DNA from: Promethearchaeota archaeon
GTDB lineage: Archaea; Asgardarchaeota; Lokiarchaeia; Sigyniarchaeales; SOKP01
Assembly (NCBI GenBank): GCA_016839765.1
Contig: JAEOTP010000069.1
Location: 1 to 64,000 of the forward strand
Length of the DNA: 64,000 bases
Direction of reading: 5' to 3'
Shown: positions 26,742 to 36,961 of the stretch, in pieces
Position numbering within the stretch: position 1 is the stretch's first letter
How the letters are laid out: each line of letters opens with the position of its first letter
Notes under the pieces: model-generated
Told to the model about the DNA's origin: nothing
Databases searched by the model: none
Seen by the model: the letters and a program-made list of their open reading frames with translations, nothing else
Position numbers and translations under genes: made by a program

Positions 26742-28997
26742 TTATTTAATCGGTCGGGAATTCGCTTGAAAAATCGGACCGATGAACTGAGAATACAAGA
26801 CGCTGTACTGCGATTGATTAGAGACTATAGTAATCATTTCGCTTTCTTTATCTGTTGCTGGACCTAATATTACCTCTTCAGCATCTCGGGTGACAGCAAA
26901 AAATTCTCCAGTACCACTTAATTGTCTAAATTGTATATTTCCAAGAGCCATCATTTTTCTTATTATATCCCCGTACTGATTCATATCAAAATGACTGGTA
27001 AGTAGAAATCTTGCTGCTTTTTTCTGGTATGCAAATTCACTTATTACTTGCAAAACTTCGGGGATGACATAGGGCATGACGATAATAATTGAAGATTTTG
27101 TCCTAAAAACTGCATCCTTAATTGCAGCGACCATAGCATCTTTTCCAATTACTGGCCAAGTGGTTACTTCAGCTAATTCAGGAATTGAAGCAGAGCTATT
27201 GAAAATATCTCTCAATTTTCCTTCATTTATTTCAGCTAATTCTGTGCCATCATCAATAGAATTCATAAACTGTAAAGTAAAATCCGCTATAGCATCTTTA
27301 ATGTTTTGTGTTGTATCTCGCGTTGTGTTAGATAAACTATTTTGAAGAGTTTTAGCATTTTGTTCATATTTAGATTTATGGTCTGTGAGCATTTCACTTA
27401 ATGTTCTATCAAGATCAGCTGATTCATCACCCCATAAACTAATTTCAGAAGTTATTTTTTCAGATGAATCTCTTTTGCCGCCAATAAATTTATCATCAAC
27501 GTCTCTAATCCAATTTTCTTTTATTTGCTTAACTTCTGTATCAAATCCAGTATAATGTTTTAATGAATCTTCTTTATGTCTATTGATTGCCTCATCGTAC
27601 TGCCTTTTATGTTGTTTTAGTGTACTTTCTGAAGAATCTTTCAACTTTAAACTCGTATCTGAGCAATCTTTTACTCCACTTGTTAGAGTGTTATCAATCT
27701 CACCTGCCATATCCGTAGCTAAGGTTTCTAATTGAACATTAATTGTTTCTTGAGCCTTCTGATCAAGATCAGTTGTCTCGGTAACAACATTATCATTCTC
27801 TTTAGTCATGGTGTCTGTTATATCACTCTTTAGAGTATCGGTAGTATCTCTTGTATCTTTAATGTACTCTTCACTTACTTTGGTGAAATCATCTTTCATT
27901 GGTTCTGTATAAGTTAAAATGTTTTGGATTGTTGTTTCATGTCGTGCTTTATATTTTTTCTTTTTTCCCATCCAGAAGAAACCTTTTTTAGCCATGTCTG
28001 CTGAAAAATCCGTAAATCGATTTGCGTGCTCTAAGAGATTATCAATCAGAGTCAATGTCATACTCTTGAATTCATTGGTTTGGTCAGTTAAAATTCGTTG
28101 TCTTTCATCCACTGTTGCTTTTAGGTTTGTAGATAATGTATCTGTTGTATTCTTTAAATGATTAAGATGTTCTTTTAAGAGGCGCGAAAGTCTCTCTTTC
28201 AAATCAGTAATAATTTTATCCATTCTCTCCAGATATTTTTCAAGAATTTGTTCCATTCTTGGTTTTAAATCACTGGCTATGGTTTTATGTCTCTCTACAT
28301 GATCATCCAAATCCTTTTTTAATTCTCTTTCTAGATCCTCAACTCGTTTTGAAAAATCACTTAATAAATCCGAAATAAGATTTGTTAAGTTCTCTTTTGT
28401 TCGATTAACTGCAGTCTCATTTTCTTTTATTTTACTATCGCTAATGTTTTTTACATCTGAATTTAATGTATCTACAATCTTATGAAGATTTTCTTCCAAA
28501 GTTTTAGACGTATCAGTGAATCGATTTCTTGCACTATTAATTCGTTCTCTTTTATTATTGTTTTTTGTGTCAGAATCCTCAAAAAAAGCCTTAATTTGGT
28601 TATCAACGGCAGTAACAACCTCATCTATACTTTTATCTTGAATTGCTTCAAGTTTTTCAAATCGTTTCGCCTGGTCGGCTAGTATATTATCTTTAATTTT
28701 GGCGATTTCACCTCTAAAAACCTCAGATTCACCAATATATAATTCAAAGAAGGGTTCAAGAGGAATAAATCGGTCTACAATCCCAGTAACTTTCTTAAGA
28801 AATCCTTTTTCAACTAGCCATTCTGTAATTTGTAAAACAGATTCATAAGTAAATCCTTCATGTTCTTCCATTAATGTTAAATATACCTCTGAAGCAGTAG
28901 CTCTTGGTACTCTTAAATAAACTAAATAAACAAGGATTTGCTCTTCGGTAAATCCGTAGCGAGTAAAAATTTCTTTTGTAATTTCTTTTAGAGACAT
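26742..28997 (-). CDS. TrmB-like regulator with very long alpha-helical insertion
   Basis: N-terminal TrmB-type wHTH (YGFTEEQILVYLVYL..ATASE..LVEKGFL..FIPLEP), ~500-aa helical region, C-terminal TrmB/PLD-like domain (KSSIIIVMP...RDAEEVILGP). Confidence 0.7.
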   Translation of the reverse strand: MSLKEITKEIFTRYGFTEEQILVYLVYLRVPRATASEVYLTLMEEHEGFTYESVLQITEWLVEKGFLKKVTGIVDRFIPLEPFFELYIGESEVFRGEIAKIKDNILADQAKRFEKLEAIQDKSIDEVVTAVDNQIKAFFEDSDTKNNNKRERINSARNRFTDTSKTLEENLHKIVDTLNSDVKNISDSKIKENETAVNRTKENLTNLISDLLSDFSKRVEDLERELKKDLDDHVERHKTIASDLKPRMEQILEKYLERMDKIITDLKERLSRLLKEHLNHLKNTTDTLSTNLKATVDERQRILTDQTNEFKSMTLTLIDNLLEHANRFTDFSADMAKKGFFWMGKKKKYKARHETTIQNILTYTEPMKDDFTKVSEEYIKDTRDTTDTLKSDITDTMTKENDNVVTETTDLDQKAQETINVQLETLATDMAGEIDNTLTSGVKDCSDTSLKLKDSSESTLKQHKRQYDEAINRHKEDSLKHYTGFDTEVKQIKENWIRDVDDKFIGGKRDSSEKITSEISLWGDESADLDRTLSEMLTDHKSKYEQNAKTLQNSLSNTTRDTTQNIKDAIADFTLQFMNSIDDGTELAEINEGKLRDIFNSSASIPELAEVTTWPVIGKDAMVAAIKDAVFRTKSSIIIVMPYVIPEVLQVISEFAYQKKAARFLLTSHFDMNQYGDIIRKMMALGNIQFRQLSGTGEFFAVTRDAEEVILGPATDKESEMITIVSNQSQYSVLYSQFIGPIFQANSRPIK

Positions 28998-29262
28998 AAG
29001 CTTTTCTCCAATTTTCAAATTCAGTATTTAATAAATTTAAATTAATATGTATTAAAATGAATTCCTTTTCAAATAATTTTATTATTTTTTTAAGTGTATA
29101 ATAATAATTTCAAAATAATAATATTAAAACTTAAGTTTTGACTAACCAAAATTTTAAGCCGTTTTCTGAAACCATCAAATTTTCATTAATCTACAATTTA
29201 ATGGGAAAGATTATTCCTCAATCCTTTTTATACTAAGTTCTTTTGTAATATTTAAAATAAAT

Positions 29263-29958
29263 TTGATGAAAAAAATGAAAAAATTAAGTAAAATACTTTT
29301 AAGTACTTTTTTGATAGCATTAGTGTTTTCTACCGTCTCTAGTTTCAATGTAGTCGCCATAGAATCTCCTGATGAGACATATGATATTCCTACTGACACA
29401 GAACAAAGAATGGTACAAGCTAATATTAGAACTATGTTTCGTTTTCGACAAAGAACACAATTAACGTTTCAAGCTAATGTAAATTTAGATTTAGATATGG
29501 ACTGTGATGCCTTAAGAATCGGTGCTAAGGATTTTATAGTGGAAATTGAAGGAAATCAAGATCTTCATATGAATATGACTTGTACACGTGAAGAAATTCA
29601 ATTAGGTCTACAGATGGGAAATACATATCGAATAAGAAATCGTAATACTTATCGATATCAAGAAGGCTTTGTTGCTTATATGCAGTGCAATGGAACGTTT
29701 TTACAAGCAAGGTTAAGAATTCAAGCTACCAACGAAAATAGAGTAGGATCATGGGCTTATTATGATGAAGCAACAGATGAATGGGTTTCAGTTCCAACAA
29801 CTGTTGAAGATGGATATCTAACCGCAACTGTTGATCACTTTTCATATTGGACGGTTTTAATCCCTGACAATACATTATACGTAATTATAGGTGTTAGTGT
29901 AGCTGTCGTAGCCGGAATTGTAGTTGTTGCTATCATTTATTATAAAAAAAGAAAATAA
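29263..29958 (+). CDS. secreted, C-terminally membrane-anchored protein
   Basis: N-terminal signal peptide, beta-rich domain ending TVDHFSYW, C-terminal TM plus KKRK. Confidence 0.75.
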   Translation: MMKKMKKLSKILLSTFLIALVFSTVSSFNVVAIESPDETYDIPTDTEQRMVQANIRTMFRFRQRTQLTFQANVNLDLDMDCDALRIGAKDFIVEIEGNQDLHMNMTCTREEIQLGLQMGNTYRIRNRNTYRYQEGFVAYMQCNGTFLQARLRIQATNENRVGSWAYYDEATDEWVSVPTTVEDGYLTATVDHFSYWTVLIPDNTLYVIIGVSVAVVAGIVVVAIIYYKKRK

Positions 29959-30037
29959 AATATTATAGATAAATTTTAAAACATTTTTTTTTTAATTTTA
30001 ATAAAAATTACTAATAAAACACAAAAATTGAGCTTAA

Positions 30038-31285
30038 TTGTTTTTTTGGAATATTAAAAAGAGGAAAATTCGCATCTTTAGCATTTTAATCTTATCCGTT
30101 ATAGTACTGCAATTCACATTCTTCATTTATCAAGCTTCTTCAAGAGAAGAAATTATTCCTGGTTTTTCTACAGAAGACCAAATCTATCCAAATGAAACAG
30201 TTATTTATAAATTCCCTAATAATATTGTTTTAGGTATTTCTACTAACACTTTTATTGATATTAAGATTAGCTATGAGAATAGAATAGCAAATCGCGAGAT
30301 TTTTTTAAAAGTAAATAACAGTTCGCCAATTTCATTAAATATCACCTCTAAAATGGAAATGGGGAGTTTTAATTTATCAGAAAAACCTGAAAGCCCTAGA
30401 AGAGGAGGTTTTCAATTTCAGTATAGATACAACTGTATTTACCAAATATCATTTAATGTAACCATCGAAAATATTACATTTCGTAGTATCAAAAACTCTT
30501 TTTATGGGTTTAATCCAAATAATCAATATTCCATGGCTATCTTTAAAGCTTCTCAAGACTCTTGGCAGTTTGTAGATACTTCTGACAAATATAATGAGAC
30601 AAGTTCTGAAAATTATTTAGAAAGTTCTCTTTCAAATCTTGAGGCGGGGACTGATTACTATATTACCTTCTTTGAGTTGAGTGAAATTTTTGATAGTTGG
30701 TTTTGGGTAATTTTAATAATTGTTTTTGCTGTGGCATTTGGGTCAATCGTAATTCTAATTTCAAAGAAAGATTATTTCCGTTATCTAAGAACAAGACAAA
30801 CACCAATAGAAAAAGGAGCACACAGATTAACCTTGGAAGAAGTATTAGAAAATGAGAATAGAAATAATATTATAGATTTAATACTTGAAGAGCCAGGAAT
30901 ACACTTTAATGAACTTTTAAGACAAACAGGACTTGCTGCTGGAAATTTAGTCTGGCATCTAGACATCTTAGAAACATATAAAGTAATAGGTAAAAAAAGA
31001 ATTAGTAAATTTATAGCATACTTCCCATATTATCAAAAAAATCCGATTTCAAATTTGGATATTGAATTAAGTAAAAGCAAATTAACTTTAGAAATCTTGG
31101 AAATGATAGAAAAAGAACCAGGTCTCTGGAATAATTTGATTACCAAACGATTAAAGGTAGATCATAAAACTATTCAATATCACGTGGATAAATTAAAAGA
31201 ACTTGGGTTAATTAATTTTAAAAAAGATGGAAGAAAGAAAAAAATATACCCAAATCTCGATTCAGAATACTTCAATAAAGATTAA
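30038..31285 (+). CDS. membrane-anchored transcriptional regulator (extracellular domain, TM, tandem wHTH)
   Basis: PGIHFNELLR...LVWHL and second wHTH EPGLW...IQYHVDKLKELGLI. Confidence 0.8.
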   Translation: MFFWNIKKRKIRIFSILILSVIVLQFTFFIYQASSREEIIPGFSTEDQIYPNETVIYKFPNNIVLGISTNTFIDIKISYENRIANREIFLKVNNSSPISLNITSKMEMGSFNLSEKPESPRRGGFQFQYRYNCIYQISFNVTIENITFRSIKNSFYGFNPNNQYSMAIFKASQDSWQFVDTSDKYNETSSENYLESSLSNLEAGTDYYITFFELSEIFDSWFWVILIIVFAVAFGSIVILISKKDYFRYLRTRQTPIEKGAHRLTLEEVLENENRNNIIDLILEEPGIHFNELLRQTGLAAGNLVWHLDILETYKVIGKKRISKFIAYFPYYQKNPISNLDIELSKSKLTLEILEMIEKEPGLWNNLITKRLKVDHKTIQYHVDKLKELGLINFKKDGRKKKIYPNLDSEYFNKD

Positions 31286-31313
31286 TCTCTCATTAATATC
31301 TTAGAACTTTGAG

Positions 31314-32717
31314 TTAAAGATTAAGCAGCCAAGAATTAATCTGTGGAGCAAAAATAATCAGTAAAATTATTAGAACAATGAATATAATGCACGATGCACT
31401 TTTTATTATAGCAGGTCCTCCAACGTTTACATTTTCTGATCTTTGCCTGAATTCCTTAACTTTTGCGCGATAAAATGCTTTTAATCCTTTATTTGTTAAA
31501 ACTAGTTGCTCATTAATATTTTCAATAAGTCCCCCTTCGATTAATTTGTCAATATGCTTCTCAGCAGTAGCAGGACCTAATTCGTCATAGAAGAAATCAG
31601 CAAAACCTTCATAATACATCCTTCCTAAATTAAGACCTTTAGTGAAGTATTCTATTAGAATCTTGCGAGATAAAGAATCTCTCCGTATGCTACCTAAGAT
31701 ATATCCAGTTAGCCGATTTTCATAAATATTATCCGCAAATACTTTTATAGAGGTTATATCAAAATCTTCTTCTTTTTTTGAAAGCTCCAGAATAATTTCA
31801 ATACCTTCTTTAAACACTAAAATTGCGATAACAATTCCAACAAGCGAGTCAACAAAATATATCTTAAAAATCGCAAAGGTTAAACCAATTAGAACACCAA
31901 TTGAAAGCATTAAATTCAATTCAGAATCTTTAGAATCACTAAGGAGGGATAAATTTCCTGAAGTTCTACCAACCAGACTTTTAAGATACATCAATCCCGT
32001 ATTTATCGCTATTGAAATAAAGCTAATAAAATATGCTTCTATTGTTGGCACTATCGGAGATTTTATAAGAAGGTCTTCTATGCCAGACCAGACCAAGGTT
32101 ACTCCAGTGAACATCATCAAAAGGACTATTAATATACTTGCTAATTTGTCCTTTTTAAATTTCATTCCAAGCAATACTATTAAACCTATTTTTATTAAAT
32201 CGGTCAAATTTTCAAAACCTTCAGTTAACATCCCCTGTGACCCTAATTGTAATCCGGTAAAAATCTTCAAACTTGAGAGAATTATTAAAAAAATTGCTGA
32301 TATTAGAATCACAGATGTTTTTGAAAACAATCTACGCATCCAATAACTTGTATGTAAATTCCAGAAGTAGCTAACCTCAACTAGTTTTTTACCAGTTTCA
32401 GTAAGTTCAATTGTATTGTTTTGTTTGATTTCTATTAATTTCTTGCGGTTCGCTTTTTGTATATATTCCTCAGTATCATTATCTTCAATGAGAACTTGTT
32501 TTGTCGCAGAAAGAAAAAATAAACGCATTTGAGATTTTAAATCTTCAATATCTTGTACTCCATCATAGATAAGACATAAAAAACCATATAAAAAATCTTC
32601 GTGAGGGTCTCTATGATGTCCATCATAATATTTCTTTACGAAATTTTGACCTTCTCCTTTTGGACCAAATTTTAAGTCTTTTCTTGAATATTTCGATTTC
32701 AAATCCTCTAAAGGCAT
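31314..32717 (-). CDS. cation diffusion facilitator-like transporter with flanking wHTH-like domains
   Basis: LKIFTG..GSQGMLTEGFENLTD, GRTSGNLSLLSD, VDSLVGIVIA; ELTETG and LTNKG wHTH tails. Confidence 0.7.
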   Translation of the reverse strand: MPLEDLKSKYSRKDLKFGPKGEGQNFVKKYYDGHHRDPHEDFLYGFLCLIYDGVQDIEDLKSQMRLFFLSATKQVLIEDNDTEEYIQKANRKKLIEIKQNNTIELTETGKKLVEVSYFWNLHTSYWMRRLFSKTSVILISAIFLIILSSLKIFTGLQLGSQGMLTEGFENLTDLIKIGLIVLLGMKFKKDKLASILIVLLMMFTGVTLVWSGIEDLLIKSPIVPTIEAYFISFISIAINTGLMYLKSLVGRTSGNLSLLSDSKDSELNLMLSIGVLIGLTFAIFKIYFVDSLVGIVIAILVFKEGIEIILELSKKEEDFDITSIKVFADNIYENRLTGYILGSIRRDSLSRKILIEYFTKGLNLGRMYYEGFADFFYDELGPATAEKHIDKLIEGGLIENINEQLVLTNKGLKAFYRAKVKEFRQRSENVNVGGPAIIKSASCIIFIVLIILLIIFAPQINSWLLNL

Positions 32718-32800
32718 TAAGTTTTATTATAAGACATAAAAATTATATATTTCGAAATTACTATTAATCGAAACTAATATGAAAATAAAATTTATGAAAA

Positions 32801-33304
32801 TTGATTGATCCTGAAAAACTTTTACAATTCATAAAAAATAGAAGAACTATTCGTAGTTTTCAAGGAAAAATGATTTCAGATAAGGAAATCGAAATGATTT
32901 TGGAAGCAGGTAGATGGGCTCCTAGCGCTTCGAATAGACAACCCTGGGAATTTATTGTAGTTAAAAATGAAAGAAAGAAGCAAGAATTAGCAAAGGTGGC
33001 TACATATGGTAGGTTTTTGGGAAATGCTCCTCTGGTTATAGCTATTATAGGAAAAATATATCAAAATCCAAAATGGTATGTTCAAGACACCTCTCTAGTA
33101 TCGATGAATATGATGTTGATGGCCTGGGCTTTAGGAATAGGAACTTGCTGGATTGGTTCAATGGATCGTGAGAAAGCGAAAGAAATTCTTGAACTTGGGA
33201 AAAATGATTTTGTTCTTACAATCTTACCAATGGGTTATATTGAAGGTGAAATTCCAAAACCTAAAAATAGAAAACCCTTAGAAAAAATCACTAAGGAAAT
33301 TTAA
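32801..33304 (+). CDS. nitroreductase family protein
   Basis: RRTIRSF, APSASNRQPW, GIGTCWIG. Confidence 0.93.
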   Translation: MIDPEKLLQFIKNRRTIRSFQGKMISDKEIEMILEAGRWAPSASNRQPWEFIVVKNERKKQELAKVATYGRFLGNAPLVIAIIGKIYQNPKWYVQDTSLVSMNMMLMAWALGIGTCWIGSMDREKAKEILELGKNDFVLTILPMGYIEGEIPKPKNRKPLEKITKEI

Positions 33305-33316
33305 AAATAACTCTCT

Positions 33317-34483
33317 TTAAATCGTTATTGTTAGATCTTCAATTGTTTCTGGAGCTTTGGTTAATTTTTGATACCCCTCTTGAGTAATTAACACTGTATC
33401 GGAATGACGGAACCCTCCTAATCCTGGAATATATATTCCTGGTTCGATACTAATTATCATATTTGGTTCAAGTTTTCGATCATATCCCTCAGCGATATAT
33501 GGAGCTTCGTGTCCAGTTATTCCAAAACCATGACCAGTACGATGAATTATGTAATCAGCATAACCTTTTTCGAATATAAATTTTCTCACTTTTTTATCAA
33601 TTTCACTCATAACGCTACCTGGTTTTAAAAGATTATAAGCCAAAGCTCTTGAACTAATCATAACTTCAAATGGTTCTTTGGCTTTTTCTGGAACATTTCC
33701 TAAGAAAAAAGTGCGTTCTAGCTCAACACCATAACCATCAACTTGGGCTTGAACTATAGAAACATGGGGCCCTCCTTCTTCCATCTCGGTAAATATATGA
33801 GGAACTAAATGCGGATCATGAGAAATTGAAGGTGGCCAGACTGCAGCTGTTGTTTGTGTAGCTCTAAAATTAGCATTAGGAATGTCTTGTACAATCTTTG
33901 AGGTCATAGCATTTGTGACTTCTTTATATAGAGCAAATTCAAGAACTTTTGGCCGACATTTCTTAAGTAAAACCCTATGTCCTTTATTAACAATTTTACA
34001 TGCGTGAATTGTTCTCCCTATTTCATAATCTGTTTTAATGATTCGTGCCTCTTCAATAAGATCTGTTATGATTTTTTTACCAGGAGTTTTGTCTACTATA
34101 CCCATCGGCATCATAGATTCAATTCCTACAGTAGCATCTTTATTGATTAATTTCTGGTAGTAATCAAACCAATTCTCACCCTCACGAGCAGGAAATTCAT
34201 AATAAATTATAAAATCAAGCTCTAATATTGCTCGTTGTTCAATATGTCCTTTTTCTAATAGAGGAATCAACATTTTTGGAAGCCCTTCTTTTGGAATAAT
34301 TAAAATAAAGGGTCTTTCATGAACATAAAAAGCAAAATTAGTTAAATAATAGATATTAGTCGGATCGAAAGAAATATAATAATCTAAATTTTCTCTATCC
34401 ATTAAAATTCTTATTTTTTCTAATCGATTAGTTAATTCCCCTTTATTGGGAGGGGAAGTGATTGCTTTATAGTTTATCTTCAT
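33317..34483 (-). CDS. M24 Xaa-Pro peptidase/creatinase family protein
   Basis: HRTGHGFG, HEAP, SIEPGIY, GFRHSDT. Confidence 0.9.
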   Translation of the reverse strand: MKINYKAITSPPNKGELTNRLEKIRILMDRENLDYYISFDPTNIYYLTNFAFYVHERPFILIIPKEGLPKMLIPLLEKGHIEQRAILELDFIIYYEFPAREGENWFDYYQKLINKDATVGIESMMPMGIVDKTPGKKIITDLIEEARIIKTDYEIGRTIHACKIVNKGHRVLLKKCRPKVLEFALYKEVTNAMTSKIVQDIPNANFRATQTTAAVWPPSISHDPHLVPHIFTEMEEGGPHVSIVQAQVDGYGVELERTFFLGNVPEKAKEPFEVMISSRALAYNLLKPGSVMSEIDKKVRKFIFEKGYADYIIHRTGHGFGITGHEAPYIAEGYDRKLEPNMIISIEPGIYIPGLGGFRHSDTVLITQEGYQKLTKAPETIEDLTITI

Positions 34484-34499
34484 TGTTTATTTCTCCCTT

Positions 34500-35270
34500 T
34501 TACTTTTTTACAAATTTTTCAAGTCTTTTTCTAACTTCATCAGATTGGCCAGTAGTAATCATTGCAATAGATTCGCGAGCTAAAACAGATTCAATATTTA
34601 AATCTTGATTTTCATTAATGAATGATTTTGTATATCTTAAAGCCAAGTGATCTTTAGATATAATCATATTAGCAGTTTTCCTTAAAATTCTGTCTAAACT
34701 TGCTAGTGGACATAGCTGATTAACTAAGCCTATATTCAAGGCTTCTTCAGCAGTAATTTCTTTACCCAAAATCATTAATTCTTTGGCCCGTGTTTCTCCA
34801 ATAATTCGCGGTAACAATTTAGTAGAAGCATTTGAAAAGAAAAGACCAACTCCAACTTCAGGAAGCATAATTCTTGTATCTGAAGCAGCTATTCTTATAT
34901 CACATGCAAGTGTATGCTCAAATCCTCCACCTATAACCCAACCATGATATCCAACAATTATAATGCCTGAATGTGCCATCATAGCTCTTGTTAAAATTTG
35001 CCATGATTCCAGAAATTCAACAGCCTCGTCTAATCTATTTTTAGTCGTTAATAATTCATATCCATATTTTAGATCAGCTCCAACTGTAAAGTGCTTACCA
35101 TTAGCTGCATAAATTACACATACATCTTCATTTTTCGCACTCAATTTAAAATATTCAATTAATTTTTTAAGAACATTTAAATCAATAGTATTTCGTTGGT
35201 CTGGTTTATTCAAGGTTATTCTACCTATGTCACCCTCTTTTTCATATAATACAATATCTTCCAAAATCAA
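34500..35270 (-). CDS. enoyl-CoA hydratase/isomerase
   Basis: FTVGADL, IGGGFE, CDIRIA, PEVGVG. Confidence 0.9.
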   Translation of the reverse strand: MILEDIVLYEKEGDIGRITLNKPDQRNTIDLNVLKKLIEYFKLSAKNEDVCVIYAANGKHFTVGADLKYGYELLTTKNRLDEAVEFLESWQILTRAMMAHSGIIIVGYHGWVIGGGFEHTLACDIRIAASDTRIMLPEVGVGLFFSNASTKLLPRIIGETRAKELMILGKEITAEEALNIGLVNQLCPLASLDRILRKTANMIISKDHLALRYTKSFINENQDLNIESVLARESIAMITTGQSDEVRKRLEKFVKK

Positions 35271-35411
35271 TTTCTCCTCAATATTTTTTTAATTTTAAAA
35301 ATAATTTGAATTGTTCAATATATTTCGGAATAAAAATTTTATTATCCTTTTTTAAAAAGGGTTTAAAGTAAAGGCTCTTAATTAATACTAAAATGAAGCG
35401 GGTATAAATAA

Positions 35412-36935
35412 ATGGTATTAGAAAAATTAGAACCAAAAATTGTATGGTATATTTTTGAAGAAATAATTGCTAAAACACCGCGTCGTTCTAAAAAGGAAGA
35501 TAAAATTAGAAATAAGATTAAAACTTGGTTGATTGAGCAAGCAGAACTAAAAAGACTCGAAATTAATATTTCTGAAGATCTGGTTGGTAATATTTTAATT
35601 AAAAAACCGGCTACAAATGGGATGGAATCAGTTCCTCCCCTACTTCTTCAAGCTCATTTAGATATGGTTTGTGAAACAGATAGACCAGAGGGATATAACT
35701 TTGATGATAGTGGAATTCCCATAAGAATACAAGATAATGGTGAGTGGATTGATGCTGATGGAACCACTTTGGGAGCAGATGATGGAATAGGGGTGGCATT
35801 GGCATTGGCAATTTTAATAGATAATAAAAAAGTCACCTCGCATGGACCCATTGAAGTTCTCTTTACTGTTAATGAAGAAGATGGCTTTACTGGAGCTACA
35901 AATCTAGATGTTAAAATCCTTGATATTAAAAGTAATTACATGATAAATTTAGATAGTGGTCCAATTGGAGAAATTACAATTGGTTCCGTTTGTGGAAGGA
36001 GAACGTATTTTAGAAAAGAATTTGAATGGTTAAAACAAAATTCTTTGGAAAATCTACTATTCATTGAATTAACTATTGATGGTCTATTAGGAGGACATTC
36101 TGGAGCAGATATTCATTTACCAAGGGCAAATGCTAATAAATTAATCAGTAGAATTTTATCAAATATAAGTCAATACATAGAAATTTATTTATGCAAATGG
36201 AATGGAGGTACAGTTTCTAATGTTATCACTAGAAATGCTGAAGTAAAATTTGCTCTAAACTCAAAAGACGAAGAGATTTTTGAAAATTTGATTCACGATG
36301 AAATAGCAATAATATATGATTATTACAAAGCTTCAAGAGAAGGATTTCCAATACTGGAACCTGATATAAATATTACTTGGAAAAAAGGAAAACCAGAAAA
36401 ATTTCTATCAGCCGAGGATACAAAACTTATCATTTCCACTACAAGCCTTTTTCCCCAAGGAGTCTTAAGATATTCACCATTTTATGAAAACTTTCCTGAA
36501 TCTTCTAATAATTTTGCGATAGTATGGACAAAAGATAATAGAATTATTATACGGCTCTATCCTCGAAGTATTATTCGATCTGAATTGAATTCATTTGTAC
36601 AATCCATGGTTCAACTGGGGGAACTAGGAGGTTGGCAGATGGAATTACGTGATATATTACCAGAATGGACGCCCCAACCTGAATCAAAATTTCTTAAATA
36701 TGCCAAAGAACAATATGAATCAATTTTACAAAGACCTGTTAAATCTAGTATTGTTCATGGAGGTTTAGAAACTGGAAGGATAAGCCAAAAGATTCCTGGA
36801 ATTCAAATGATTTCTATTGGACCTACAGTTGACGGTGAACACACACCTAATGAAAAGTTAAAAATTGTGGATGTTAGAATAATTTATGAGTTATTAATCA
36901 AAATTTTGATGAATTTTTCAATTATAGAAAATTAG
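35412..36935 (+). CDS. pepD: aminoacyl-histidine dipeptidase PepD (M20C)
   Basis: QAHLDMV, TTLGADDGIG, NEEDG, GGHSG, HGGLE, HTPNE. Confidence 0.9.
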   Translation: MVLEKLEPKIVWYIFEEIIAKTPRRSKKEDKIRNKIKTWLIEQAELKRLEINISEDLVGNILIKKPATNGMESVPPLLLQAHLDMVCETDRPEGYNFDDSGIPIRIQDNGEWIDADGTTLGADDGIGVALALAILIDNKKVTSHGPIEVLFTVNEEDGFTGATNLDVKILDIKSNYMINLDSGPIGEITIGSVCGRRTYFRKEFEWLKQNSLENLLFIELTIDGLLGGHSGADIHLPRANANKLISRILSNISQYIEIYLCKWNGGTVSNVITRNAEVKFALNSKDEEIFENLIHDEIAIIYDYYKASREGFPILEPDINITWKKGKPEKFLSAEDTKLIISTTSLFPQGVLRYSPFYENFPESSNNFAIVWTKDNRIIIRLYPRSIIRSELNSFVQSMVQLGELGGWQMELRDILPEWTPQPESKFLKYAKEQYESILQRPVKSSIVHGGLETGRISQKIPGIQMISIGPTVDGEHTPNEKLKIVDVRIIYELLIKILMNFSIIEN

Positions 36936-36961
36936 AATAGCTAAAAAAACAAAACATTATT

